Of a stretch of DNA of 64,000 bases, positions 21,397-33,023 are shown piece after piece (position 1 is the stretch's first letter; the number at the start of each line of letters is the position of its first letter). Source of the DNA: Naegleria gruberi (Eukaryota); NCBI GenBank assembly GCA_000004985.1, contig GG738878.1; one strand, written 5' to 3'. Made by a program: the position numbers and the translations under genes. Below the pieces are notes generated by a model, which saw nothing but the letters and a program-made list of their open reading frames with translations, did not search any database and was not told the DNA's origin.

Positions 21397-22995
21397 ATGA
21401 TGTCAAATAATACAGTGACAGTTGGCAACTCAACAATTTGCCATGAATTTCTGTTTAATACAACATCGAGCAGAGAAATTCTACCTTCAATTGAATATGA
21501 TATCTGTCCTGATACCTACATTTCGTTTTGTAAGTTTCCCACAATCTCTACAATTGTGAATCCTAAACCAAACTAAACCTGTATTCGAAACAATACAATA
21601 GCCATACTGTTGGCCTTTCTCACTGGATACATTCTACTTCTCCTCATCACTACCATTCTTGTCATATGGAAACGAAACTCTGGACATATCCTTGCTCGTG
21701 ATCCAGCTCAGTTAATCTTAACCATGTTGACAGGATTTCAATTTGTGGCCATTTTCTCACTTCGAATAATTATTGGAAGAAAGATCTTTCCATGTGCCCT
21801 GTATTCATATTGTTTCTTTGTTGTGGGGCCTGTAATTTGTCTTCCTTCCATATGTAGAAGTTTAAAATTATATTTCCATTTCAAGTTAAATCTTCAGAAA
21901 ATGAAATTCTTCAAGGAAAGTGAAACTCCAGACGATTCTTCATCTGTATTTTCAAGTTCTGATTCCATGTCTCATAATTCAGTGAAACAGAAATTACCAA
22001 ATTTGAGAGTTTTGAAATTTTATCAATTTATGGTTAGCCACAAATTTATTATTGCAACCTATATCGGAGTTTTTATTATTCAAACCGCAATATGGGCTAT
22101 CGTTGGTGGAATTGATGAGATTTTATATTCACTCAATACGGATTTACAAAATAGGAAAAGGTTTTTTGTGAGTCCAGGATTTTTTGAATTTAAAATTGGA
22201 TGCAGTTTGACAAGTGGAATTTTAATTGTAATCTTGATTGAGTCAGTGTTTTATATTGCAGCTGAGGTGATTACATTGATAATGTGTATTAGATCTGATA
22301 GAGATACTTGGTCAATTAAGAAGGAAACTTTGATTTATGTCATTGTTCAATCAATTGGAATTTCTCTATTTGTCATTTCATCATTTATTGATATCATGTC
22401 AATATTGGTTGATTATTTCGTACCATATGCCTTGTTCATGTTTGGAGCTCTTGCTTTGGAAACTATCATTTGTGTGCTACTTCCTGTGTGTTATGCTATT
22501 AGAAAGGATTTCCACTCAACACATCACAATCCACAAGATAGCACTCTGGAAAGTATTTTGAAAAACAAGAAGGGATTCAAAACAATTCTCGATTTTGCTC
22601 GTAGATCCTATTGTCCAGAAGCAGTTCTCTGTTGGTCTGATATTCAGAGATTTAAGGATTGTAAGAAACGTGAGAAAAAGCTTGAAATTGCCAAGTATAT
22701 TATTGAGCATTATTTGACACCTTCCAGTTATTTAGAGTTAAATATGCCACAATTGGCAAATGTCAAGGAGGAATTAAGTTTGATGGTGATGGGTTCAGCA
22801 AGTACAGTTTCTAATGATGTATTCGATATGATTGAGAATCATTGTTTGCAGGATTTGGCTGATTTACAGCATAGATTGGTGAGCAGTGATAAATTTATCG
22901 CATCAATGGTGCAAGAATTGAAGGAATTACAAAGATTGAAAGCAAGCTGTGAAGAGAAGGTAGAAGAAACTTTCAATGTTGAATTGGAAATTTAA
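21397..22995 (+). CDS. seven-transmembrane receptor with a C-terminal RGS domain (7TM-RGS), two exons
   Basis: Exon 1 is 21397..21529 (MMSNNTVTVGNSTICHEFLFNTTSS..., an N-glycosylation-rich ectodomain). The intron is 21530..21601 (GTAAGT..ATAG, phase 1). Exon 2 is 21602..22995. There are seven hydrophobic helices, then an RGS-like segment (SILKNKKGFKTILDFARRSYCPEAVLCWSDIQRFKD...KLEIAKYIIEHYLTPSSYLELNM), then a coiled-coil tail. Confidence 0.7.
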
Positions 22996-25298
22996 AACTG
23001 TGACAAGTTGATGATTATTCCTCGCATTAGCTTGTCCGGTAATTTCTCAATCCTTGCATAATCAGTGAAGAGGAGTTTTTTGTTTGAGACTCCAAAGTTG
23101 ACCAGTTCATTAAGAATATTCTCAAATAAAGGGCAATTTAAATAATTTTCAAAACTTGATGCAAGATCAAAGTAATTATCAATTGTAATTATCAGCGTAC
23201 TTTTAAAATAATCAACAAAATAATGAATTTCATGAATGATTGCCATATCAATTAATGTAAAAAGTTTTGATGGATCTATCTCGTAAACTGGAATTCCATA
23301 ACAATATTTGATGATAATTTCTAATAATTCCAAATCCATTGAATCATCAGGTGTAAAGACATCATCACTAAGATCACTGAATGATGATCCACTTTCGAAT
23401 AATGCATTAAAAAATGTACTTTTGGAACTGAGTATTGTTTTGTGGCAGTATAAATACTTGTCTTGTCCCATTTTGATTTTAACGTCGCTTGCTTTTTCAT
23501 TATTAAATAATCTTTCAATTCCCTGTTGTTCAATTTCATTATCCTCCTGTATTTCAATTGGACTTGTAACATGTGTTTCCATTACAGATAAAATGTTAAA
23601 GCTATATCTCTTAATGATGGGATAAGACAAAAGTGTTTTTCCTGTAAGAGACTTTAACTGGATGGCAGAATATTCCAAACAATAATTGTTCAAATATTCA
23701 AGTAAATGATTTTGAATTTCTATTTCTTCATGACAAAGTTTGAGTAAATTATCAACTTGTTCCCATTTTGAAGGAAGTGTTTCCAGTGTGATGGAATTAA
23801 TAAATCCATGTACAAATGCTCTTTTAAAATCGATAAATTCACAATTCTTGAACATTCCTAAAATGAATAATACATTCAATATATCATATTCTCTAAATGA
23901 ATTCAATCTTTCAATCTCTGTAAATTGATATATATTTTCATATATCAATGAATCAATTAGTTTTTGTATAATTACTATTTGTTGCGAATTCATTGATTTC
24001 AATAGTTTTTCATTTTTCAATATTATTTTACAAAATTGTGGTGATAACTTTTCTATTAATGGAATAAATCCAATCAATTCCAATCCAAATAATTCATCTC
24101 TTGAATGTTTTTTCAATTGGATTTTTGGAATTATAGTATAATCATTTCCAATATGTGGATGCGATGAAAAATCAAATGGTGAATCACCTCCAAATCCTTC
24201 TTCACCATTTCCAGCAATTGTTTTAATTGTTCCATTTCTTAATATTTTTCTAATTCTATGATTTTCTGTATCAGCAATATAAACTTCATCATTTCGAGAA
24301 ACGAATATATTGTCTACATATGATATTTGTGCATTAATTGCAAGTCCTCCATCACCACTATATCCTTTAACTCCAGTTCCTGCAATTGTTGTAATATTGG
24401 CATTTCTTAATATTTTTCTAATTCTATAATTTCCACTATTCATAATATAAACTTCATTCGTTGATGAAACAAATACACCACATGGATGGTTAACTTGTGC
24501 ATTAATTGCAGGACCACCATCACCACTGAATCCTTCTTCTCCAGTTCCTGCAATTGTATTAATAATTCCATTTCTTAATATTTTTCTAATTCGATGATTG
24601 TTGTAATCTACAATATAAACTTCATCGTTATTAGAAACAAAAACACCACAAGGGCTGTCTAATTGTGCACTTGTTGCAGGGCCACCATCTCCACTAAATC
24701 CTTTTTCTCCAGTTCCTGCAATTGTTACAATAGTTCCATTTCTCAATATCTTTCTAATTCTATGATTTCCAAAATCAGAAAAATAAATTTCATCATTTTG
24801 AGAAACGAATATATTCTGTACATATGATATTTGTGCATTAATTGCAGGTCTACCATCACCACTATATCCTTTTTCTCCAGTTCCTGCAATTGTTACAATA
24901 TTGCCATTTCTTAATATTTTTCTAATTCTATAATTTCCACTATCAGCAAAAAAAACTTCATTCGTTGATGAAACAAATACACTACATGGATGGCTCAATT
25001 GTGCACTTGTTGCAGGATCACCGTCACCACTAAATCCTTCTTCTCCAGTTCCTGCGATGGTGACTATAGTTCCATCTTTTAATATTTTTCTCACCCTATG
25101 ATTTTGGCAATCTGCCATATAAACCTCATCATTCGGAGCAACAAACACTCCTCCCGGACAATTTAACATTGCTTTAGTGGCTAATTTTTTATTCATCATT
25201 TTAGCCTTTTTCTTTACTTTATTTTCGTCATTTTCATCATTTTCTGATGATGAAGAAGCCGATGATGATGCGGATGAAGAACAAAGGCTTCGTTTCAT
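22992..25298 (-). CDS. NHL-repeat beta-propeller + C-terminal BTB/POZ-like domain protein (paralog 1)
   Basis: A 768-aa ORF. The likely start is MKRSL at 25298, matching the paralogs. The ORF-track start at 25322 adds 8 upstream residues. Seven tandem NHL repeats follow (GDGGPA.SAQL..P.GVFV...NEVY.ADS.NHRIRKIL.NGTI.TIAGTGE.GFSG). Next come a linker of about 200 aa and a BTB-like domain (SDVKIKMGQDKYLYCHKTILSSKSTFFNALFESGSSFSDLSDDVFT). Confidence 0.8.
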   Translation of the reverse strand: MKRSLCSSSASSSASSSSENDENDENKVKKKAKMMNKKLATKAMLNCPGGVFVAPNDEVYMADCQNHRVRKILKDGTIVTIAGTGEEGFSGDGDPATSAQLSHPCSVFVSSTNEVFFADSGNYRIRKILRNGNIVTIAGTGEKGYSGDGRPAINAQISYVQNIFVSQNDEIYFSDFGNHRIRKILRNGTIVTIAGTGEKGFSGDGGPATSAQLDSPCGVFVSNNDEVYIVDYNNHRIRKILRNGIINTIAGTGEEGFSGDGGPAINAQVNHPCGVFVSSTNEVYIMNSGNYRIRKILRNANITTIAGTGVKGYSGDGGLAINAQISYVDNIFVSRNDEVYIADTENHRIRKILRNGTIKTIAGNGEEGFGGDSPFDFSSHPHIGNDYTIIPKIQLKKHSRDELFGLELIGFIPLIEKLSPQFCKIILKNEKLLKSMNSQQIVIIQKLIDSLIYENIYQFTEIERLNSFREYDILNVLFILGMFKNCEFIDFKRAFVHGFINSITLETLPSKWEQVDNLLKLCHEEIEIQNHLLEYLNNYCLEYSAIQLKSLTGKTLLSYPIIKRYSFNILSVMETHVTSPIEIQEDNEIEQQGIERLFNNEKASDVKIKMGQDKYLYCHKTILSSKSTFFNALFESGSSFSDLSDDVFTPDDSMDLELLEIIIKYCYGIPVYEIDPSKLFTLIDMAIIHEIHYFVDYFKSTLIITIDNYFDLASSFENYLNCPLFENILNELVNFGVSNKKLLFTDYARIEKLPDKLMRGIIINLSQF

Positions 25299-25341
25299 TT
25301 TTTTTGTAAAAAAAATCTTCAAATGAAAAGATCAAGTCAAC

Positions 25342-27776
25342 NNNNNNNNNNNNNNNNNNNNNNNNNNNNNNNNNNNNNNNNNNNNNNNNNNNNNNNNNNN
25401 NNNNNNNNNNNNNNNNNNNNNNNNNNNNNNNNNNNNNNNNNNNNNNNNNNNNNNNNNNNNNNNNNNNNNNNNNNNNNNNNNNNNNNNNNNNNNNNNNNNN
25501 NNNNNNNNNNNNNNNNNNNNNNNNNNNNNNNNNNNNNNNNNNNNNNNNNNNNNNNNNNNNNNNNNNNNNNNNNNNNNNNNNNNNNNNNNNNNNNNNNNNN
25601 NNNNNNNNNNNNNNNNNNNNNNNNNNNNNNNNNNNNNNNNNNNNNNNNNNNNNNNNNNNNNNNNNNNNNNNNNNNNNNNNNNNNNNNNNNNNNNNNNNNN
25701 NNNNNNNNNNNNNNNNNNNNNNNNNNNNNNNNNNNNNNNNNNNNNNNNNNNNNNNNNNNNNNNNNNNNNNNNNNNNNNNNNNNNNNNNNNNNNNNNNNNN
25801 NNNNNNNNNNNNNNNNNNNNNNNNNNNNNNNNNNNNNNNNNNNNNNNNNNNNNNNNNNNNNNNNNNNNNNNNNNNNNNNNNNNNNNNNNNNNNNNNNNNN
25901 NNNNNNNNNNNNNNNNNNNNNNNNNNNNNNNNNNNNNNNNNNNNNNNNNNNNNNNNNNNNNNNNNNNNNNNNNNNNNNNNNNNNNNNNNNNNNNNNNNNN
26001 NNNNNNNNNNNNNNNNNNNNNNNNNNNNNNNNNNNNNNNNNNNNNNNNNNNNNNNNNNNNNNNNNNNNNNNNNNNNNNNNNNNNNNNNNNNNNNNNNNNN
26101 NNNNNNNNNNNNNNNNNNNNNNNNNNNNNNNNNNNNNNNNNNNNNNNNNNNNNNNNNNNNNNNNNNNNNNNNNNNNNNNNNNNNNNNNNNNNNNNNNNNN
26201 NNNNNNNNNNNNNNNNNNNNNNNNNNNNNNNNNNNNNNNNNNNNNNNNNNNNNNNNNNNNNNNNNNNNNNNNNNNNNNNNNNNNNNNNNNNNNNNNNNNN
26301 NNNNNNNNNNNNNNNNNNNNNNNNNNNNNNNNNNNNNNNNNNNNNNNNNNNNNNNNNNNNNNNNNNNNNNNNNNNNNNNNNNNNNNNNNNNNNNNNNNNN
26401 NNNNNNNNNNNNNNNNNNNNNNNNNNNNNNNNNNNNNNNNNNNNNNNNNNNNNNNNNNNNNNNNNNNNNNNNNNNNNNNNNNNNNNNNNNNNNNNNNNNN
26501 NNNNNNNNNNNNNNNNNNNNNNNNNNNNNNNNNNNNNNNNNNNNNNNNNNNNNNNNNNNNNNNNNNNNNNNNNNNNNNNNNNNNNNNNNNNNNNNNNNNN
26601 NNNNNNNNNNNNNNNNNNNNNNNNNNNNNNNNNNNNNNNNNNNNNNNNNNNNNNNNNNNNNNNNNNNNNNNNNNNNNNNNNNNNNNNNNNNNNNNNNNNN
26701 NNNNNNNNNNNNNNNNNNNNNNNNNNNNNNNNNNNNNNNNNNNNNNNNNNNNNNNNNNNNNNNNNNNNNNNNNNNNNNNNNNNNNNNNNNNNNNNNNNNN
26801 NNNNNNNNNNNNNNNNNNNNNNNNNNNNNNNNNNNNNNNNNNNNNNNNNNNNNNNNNNNNNNNNNNNNNNNNNNNNNNNNNNNNNNNNNNNNNNNNNNNN
26901 NNNNNNNNNNNNNNNNNNNNNNNNNNNNNNNNNNNNNNNNNNNNNNNNNNNNNNNNNNNNNNNNNNNNNNNNNNNNNNNNNNNNNNNNNNNNNNNNNNNN
27001 NNNNNNNNNNNNNNNNNNNNNNNNNNNNNNNNNNNNNNNNNNNNNNNNNNNNNNNNNNNNNNNNNNNNNNNNNNNNNNNNNNNNNNNNNNNNNNNNNNNN
27101 NNNNNNNNNNNNNNNNNNNNNNNNNNNNNNNNNNNNNNNNNNNNNNNNNNNNNNNNNNNNNNNNNNNNNNNNNNNNNNNNNNNNNNNNNNNNNNNNNNNN
27201 NNNNNNNNNNNNNNNNNNNNNNNNNNNNNNNNNNNNNNNNNNNNNNNNNNNNNNNNNNNNNNNNNNNNNNNNNNNNNNNNNNNNNNNNNNNNNNNNNNNN
27301 NNNNNNNNNNNNNNNNNNNNNNNNNNNNNNNNNNNNNNNNNNNNNNNNNNNNNNNNNNNNNNNNNNNNNNNNNNNNNNNNNNNNNNNNNNNNNNNNNNNN
27401 NNNNNNNNNNNNNNNNNNNNNNNNNNNNNNNNNNNNNNNNNNNNNNNNNNNNNNNNNNNNNNNNNNNNNNNNNNNNNNNNNNNNNNNNNNNNNNNNNNNN
27501 NNNNNNNNNNNNNNNNNNNNNNNNNNNNNNNNNNNNNNNNNNNNNNNNNNNNNNNNNNNNNNNNNNNNNNNNNNNNNNNNNNNNNNNNNNNNNNNNNNNN
27601 NNNNNNNNNNNNNNNNNNNNNNNNNNNNNNNNNNNNNNNNNNNNNNNNNNNNNNNNNNNNNNNNNNNNNNNNNNNNNNNNNNNNNNNNNNNNNNNNNNNN
27701 NNNNNNNNNNNNNNNNNNNNNNNNNNNNNNNNNNNNNNNNNNNNNNNNNNNNNNNNNNNNNNNNNNNNNNNNNNNN
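25342..27776. other. assembly gap (N run, 2435 nt)
   Basis: Contiguous N. The gap truncates NHL-BTB paralog 2 and breaks the ORF-track X-run ORFs. Confidence 1.
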
Positions 27777-29188
27777 AAAATGAATAATACATTCAATATA
27801 TCATATACTCTAAATGAATTCAATCTTTCAACCTCTGTAAAATGATATATATTTTCATATATCAATGAATCAATTAGTTTTTGTATAATTTCTATTTGTT
27901 GCGAATTCATTGATCTCAATAGTTTTTCATTTTTCAATATTATTTTACAAAATTGTGGTGATAATTTTTCTATTAATGGAATAAATCCAATCAAATTCAA
28001 TCCAAATAATTCATCTCTTGAATGTTTTTTCAATTGGATTTTTGGAATTATAGTATAATCATTTCCAATATGTGGATGCGATGAAAAATCAAATGGTGAA
28101 TCACCTCCAAATCCTTTTTCACCATTTCCAGCAATTGTTTCAATTGTTCCATCTTTCAATATTTTTCTAATTCGATGATTATTTGTATCAGCAATATAAA
28201 CTTCATCATTTTGAGAAACAAATATATTCTCTACATATGATATTTGTGCATTAATTGCAAGTCCTCCATCACCACTATATCCTTTAACTCCAGTTCCTGC
28301 AATTGTTGTAATATTGCCATTTCTTAATATTTTCCTAATTCTATAATTATAACTATCAGTAATATAAACTTCATTCGTTGATGAAACAAATACACCACAT
28401 GGATGGCTCAATTGTGCACTTGTTGCAGGTCCTCCATCACCTCCAAATCCTTGTTCACCAGTTCCTGCAATTGTTATAATTGTTCCATCTTGCAACATCT
28501 TTCTAATTCGATGACTCTTGTAATCTACAATATAAACTTCATCGTTATTAGAAACAAAAACACCACAAGGGGTGTTTAATTTTGCATTAATTGCAGGACC
28601 ACCATCTCCACTAAATCCTTGTTCACCAGTTCCTGCAATTGTTACAATAGTTCCATTTCTCAATATCTTTCTAATTCTATGATTTCTAAAATCAGAAAAA
28701 TAAACTTCATCATTTTGAGAAACGAATATATTATTTACAGCTGATATTTGTGCATTAATTGCAGGTCCTCCATCTCCACTATATCCTTCTTCTCCAGTTC
28801 CTGCAATTGTTACAATATTGCCATTTCTTAATATTTTTCTAATTCTATAATTTCCAAAATCAGAAATATAAACTTCATTCGTTGATGAAACAAATACATC
28901 ACATGGATGGTTAAATTGTGCACTTGTTGCAGGTCCACCATCACCACTGAATCCTTCTCCTTCTTCTTCTCCAATTCCTGCAATGGTGACTATGGTTCCA
29001 TCTTTTAATATTTTTCTCACCCGATGATTTAGGTTATCAGCAATATAAATTTCATCATTCGGAGCAACAAACACTCCTCCTGGACAATTTAACATTGCAT
29101 CGGTGGCCATCATCATTTTGGCTTTTTTAAATTTATTTTCATCAGCAACATTTTCGTCATTATTAGAGGAAGCAAGACTTCGTTTCAT
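27777..29188 (-). CDS. NHL-repeat + BTB protein, paralog 2 (3' part lost in the gap)
   Basis: The start is MKRSLASSNNDEN at 29188. NHL repeats and the linker follow, down to the gap edge. The DNA next to the gap (27777-27990) is nearly identical to paralog 1 at about 23862-24080. Confidence 0.7.
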
Positions 29189-29908
29189 TTTTTTTTAACA
29201 TTTTCAATACAGGTTTACAATGAATATATTAGGTTACTGCTAAGACAAAATTGACTTTGGATTGTAAAAACAGTGTTTCATGTTTGCTTTCCAAAAATCT
29301 TGTTTTAAATTCTTTCTTAATGTAATAAAACTTTATTTTAAAAAAACTTAATATAGAAATAATAGATTCAGTGAAATTTTGATGTTGGATTGTGGATTTT
29401 GTTATTTAATGGATGGGTCTTGTGTAGCCTGTCTCCATCCATAGATATGCTATCATTGAAACTTGGCGATTACAAAAAAATTATCTGAAGTTGGGCCAAT
29501 TAGACAATGACTACAATAATAGCACACACTCTCTGGAGAAACTCTCTCGTCTTATCAGCAAAGACTCCTCAACTTTATTTGGGACAAGCACAAAAGAACA
29601 CCTAAGAACGTGGCAGCTTTAAAACACTTTAACTCTTGTTAATACATAATATTTGGTGTTGGTGGTAGACGAGACATCAAGTATGTCGATGTTATTACAA
29701 AACTGTGTGATGTTCGACTCATTTGATTTGGTCTGATTGTTTTTTTTGATCACGTTTAGCTGATTAAGTTTATCATGAGATTAGAAGTATCCCTATTCCT
29801 TGATTCGAATATGTTTTCAAATAAAGCTTGGAATCGAACTCATCAGATACAACAATTTCAAAATAGATAACTAGTCCTTTAAACTAATATTACAAAAAGT
29901 TTAAAAAA

Positions 29909-32275
29909 ATGAAACGAAGTCTTGCTACTACACATTCATCGGAATCGAATAATGGAGAAAGTTGTGATGCTGCTAATGATGAAAATAAATTAAAAAAGGC
30001 TAAAATGATGATGGCCACCGATGCAATGCTAAATTGTCCAGTGGAGGTATTTGTTGCTCCGAATGATGAAATTTATATTGCTGATAGAGATAATCATCGG
30101 GTGAGAAAAATACTAAAAGATGGAACAATGGTAACCATTGCAGGATGGAGTTTTGGTGGTTTTGGTGGTGATGGTGGTCCTGCAACGAGTGCAATGTTGG
30201 ATTTTCCCACAAGTATTGCTGTTTCTTCAGATAATGAAGTGTATATTGCTGATTTGGGAATTTATAGAATTAGGAAAATATTAAGAAATGGTAATATTGT
30301 AACAATTGCTGGAACTGGAGAAGAAGGATTTAGTGGTGATGGAGGACCTGCAATTAATGCACAAATATCAGCTGTGTGGAATATTGCCCTTTCTCAAAAT
30401 AATGAATTGTATTTTGTTGACTATTCAAACTGTAGAATCAGGAAAATATTAAGAAATGGAACTATTGTAACAATTGCAGGAACTGGAGAAGACGGATTTA
30501 GTGGAGATGGTGGACTCGCAATCAATGCAAAACTTGGCTATCCTTGCAGTGTTTTTGTTTCCAAAGATGATGAGGTGTATATTGCTGATAGCCAAAATAA
30601 TAGGGTGAGAAAAATATTGAGAAATGGAATTATTAATACAATTGCAGGAACTGGAGAAGAAGGATTCAGTGGTGATGGTGGACCTGCAACAAATGCACAA
30701 TTGAACGTTCCATGTGGTGTATTTGTTTCAGCAACGAATGAAGTTTATATTGTGGATAGTGGAAATTGTAGAATTAGAAAAATATTGAGAAATGGAATTA
30801 TTAATACAATTGCAGGAACTGGAGAAGAAGGATATAGTGGTGATGGAGGACCTGCAATTAATGCACAAATATCAAATGTATACAATATATTCGTTTCTCA
30901 AAATGATGAAGTTTATATTGCCGATACAAATAATCACAGAATTAGAAAAATATTGAAAGATGGAACAATTGAAACAATTGCTGGAAATGGTGAAAAAGGA
31001 TTCAGTGGTGATTCACCATTTGATTTTTCATCGCATCCACACATTGGAAATGATTATACTATAATTCCAAAAATCCAATTGAAAAAACATTCAAGAGATG
31101 AATTATTTGGATTGGAATTGATTGGATTTATTCCATTAATAGAAAAGTTATCACCACAATTTTGTAAAATAATATTGAAAAATGAAAAACTATTGAAATC
31201 AATGAATTCGCAACAAATAGAAATTATTCAAAAACTAATTGATTCATTGATATATGAAAATGTATATCATTTTACAGAGATTGAAAGATTGAATTCATTT
31301 AAAGAATATGATATATTGAATGTATTATTCATTTTAGGAATGTTCAAGAATTGTGAATTTATTGATTTTAAAAGAGTATTTGTAAACGCATTTATTAATT
31401 CCATCACGCTGGAAACACTTCCTTCAAAATGGGAACAAAGTGAGAATTTACTCAAATTTTGTCAAGAAATAGAAGTTGAAAATTACATATTGGAATATTT
31501 GAATAATTATTGTTTGGAATATTCTGCCATTCAATTGAGAAATCCACAATCAGCAAAACATCTTAAAACTGCACCAATCATTATGAGAAATAGTCTGAAT
31601 ATTGTATTAATGTTGGAAGTAACAACGACAAGTCCAATGCAAATAGAAGACACTGAAATTAAACTACAAGGAATGGAATCACTATTTAATGATGAGAAGT
31701 CCAGTGATGTTAAAATCAAAATAAGCAAAGACCAATATTTATATTGTCACAAATCAATACTAAGCAGTTCGTGTATTTTTTTTAATGCATTATTCGAAAG
31801 TGGATCATCATTCAGTGATCTTAGTGATGATGTCTTTACACCTGATGAATCAGAAGATTTAGAATTATTGGAAATTAGTATCAAAAGTTGTTATGGGATT
31901 CCAATCCATAACTCTTTTAGTTTTATTAGATTAATAGATATAGCTTTGAAACATGAAAATCAATGCCTAATTTATCATTGCAAGAAAAACTTTTCACTAA
32001 CAATTGATAATTATTTCGAAAAAGCCTTAGAATGTGGAAAATATTTTCATTTAGATTGTTTTTCAAGTTTTTTTGATACTTTTTTGAGCTTTGGAACACG
32101 AAATTGTGAAAAACTCTTCACAGATTGTGCAAAAGTTGGTCAATTACCAGAGCAACTTCGCAATGCCTTAATCATCGACTTTACACTAGTGTTGAGCTTT
32201 TCCTCGAGACCTGCTCTCACTTGGAGATATCCGAATGTTTATTATGATGACCCTGAGTTTGGTGTTCGTTTTTAA
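29909..32275 (+). CDS. NHL-repeat + C-terminal BTB/POZ-like protein (paralog 3)
   Basis: A 788-aa intact ORF (MKRSLATTHSSESNN...) with the same architecture. It has seven NHL repeats, a conserved linker (SPFDFSSHPHIGNDYTIIPKIQLKKHSRDELFGL...) and a BTB-like domain (SDVKIKISKDQYLYCHKSILSSSCIFFNALFESGSSF). Confidence 0.8.
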   Translation: MKRSLATTHSSESNNGESCDAANDENKLKKAKMMMATDAMLNCPVEVFVAPNDEIYIADRDNHRVRKILKDGTMVTIAGWSFGGFGGDGGPATSAMLDFPTSIAVSSDNEVYIADLGIYRIRKILRNGNIVTIAGTGEEGFSGDGGPAINAQISAVWNIALSQNNELYFVDYSNCRIRKILRNGTIVTIAGTGEDGFSGDGGLAINAKLGYPCSVFVSKDDEVYIADSQNNRVRKILRNGIINTIAGTGEEGFSGDGGPATNAQLNVPCGVFVSATNEVYIVDSGNCRIRKILRNGIINTIAGTGEEGYSGDGGPAINAQISNVYNIFVSQNDEVYIADTNNHRIRKILKDGTIETIAGNGEKGFSGDSPFDFSSHPHIGNDYTIIPKIQLKKHSRDELFGLELIGFIPLIEKLSPQFCKIILKNEKLLKSMNSQQIEIIQKLIDSLIYENVYHFTEIERLNSFKEYDILNVLFILGMFKNCEFIDFKRVFVNAFINSITLETLPSKWEQSENLLKFCQEIEVENYILEYLNNYCLEYSAIQLRNPQSAKHLKTAPIIMRNSLNIVLMLEVTTTSPMQIEDTEIKLQGMESLFNDEKSSDVKIKISKDQYLYCHKSILSSSCIFFNALFESGSSFSDLSDDVFTPDESEDLELLEISIKSCYGIPIHNSFSFIRLIDIALKHENQCLIYHCKKNFSLTIDNYFEKALECGKYFHLDCFSSFFDTFLSFGTRNCEKLFTDCAKVGQLPEQLRNALIIDFTLVLSFSSRPALTWRYPNVYYDDPEFGVRF

Positions 32276-32427
32276 TTCCCATGTTTTCTCTATGAAATTA
32301 TGAAATGTTTGGCAAACTGTATTTCTACTTCCAAAATAGAACTAATAGTTCAGCAGAACTTTTACCGTAAACACAAATAAAAGTAGCAATTCAGTTTGAG
32401 CTCCGTGAATGAGTTCTATTAAGAAAA

Positions 32428-32844
32428 ATGTCTTCACAACTGCCTGATAAATTGCTAGACAAACTCGCAACTCTAGACAAGACCATTCTCTCATTCTGGC
32501 AACACAAACAGCAATCCATTCGACAATTCAAACACTGGTTCGATTTATCGGTGGAACCTTATGTTTCTATTGAGGATTTTCCAACCCTATTGAAAACCAT
32601 CTCATCAGGAAATGTTTTCTGTGGCAGAGAAAAATTGTGCGGTTCTGAATGTTATGAAAGGATTGTGAAACATTTGGGTGATTATGTAAAATTAGTAAGA
32701 GAGTTGTTTCCAGAGTCGAATGTTAGGATATTTGATGATGAATATTATGCAGATTCGTGGGAAGGAGGTTTTGGATCATCGGAAGTGGTATTTATGGTAG
32801 AGGGAAAGTTTGCCTTGTTCTTTTGGGAGAAGGGTGATTGGTAG
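32428..32844 (+). CDS. hypothetical small protein
   Basis: A 138-aa ORF with an ATG start and coding-like composition. I recognise no domain. Confidence 0.4.
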   Translation: MSSQLPDKLLDKLATLDKTILSFWQHKQQSIRQFKHWFDLSVEPYVSIEDFPTLLKTISSGNVFCGREKLCGSECYERIVKHLGDYVKLVRELFPESNVRIFDDEYYADSWEGGFGSSEVVFMVEGKFALFFWEKGDW

Positions 32845-33023
32845 TATGTGTGTGAAATGGTGGAATTGTTTTCAACTTCCTTAATCTGGCGAAGATTAGA
32901 GAATTATGATTTGATTGGTTATCACTAAAATATCAATGAATTCACATGAGGTGAGATTGATGAAGCAACATTAGGTTGTAACAATACCAAACCAAGAGTC
33001 TTTTTTGTGAATACATCTTAATA

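Noticed and set aside
25237-29188. Very long ORF-track entries (851, 840 and 1283 aa) made mostly of X residues
   Set aside because: They are translations of the N-run (25342-27776) in frames that happen to be open. Only the flanking real sequence is meaningful. It belongs to NHL-BTB paralogs 1 and 2.
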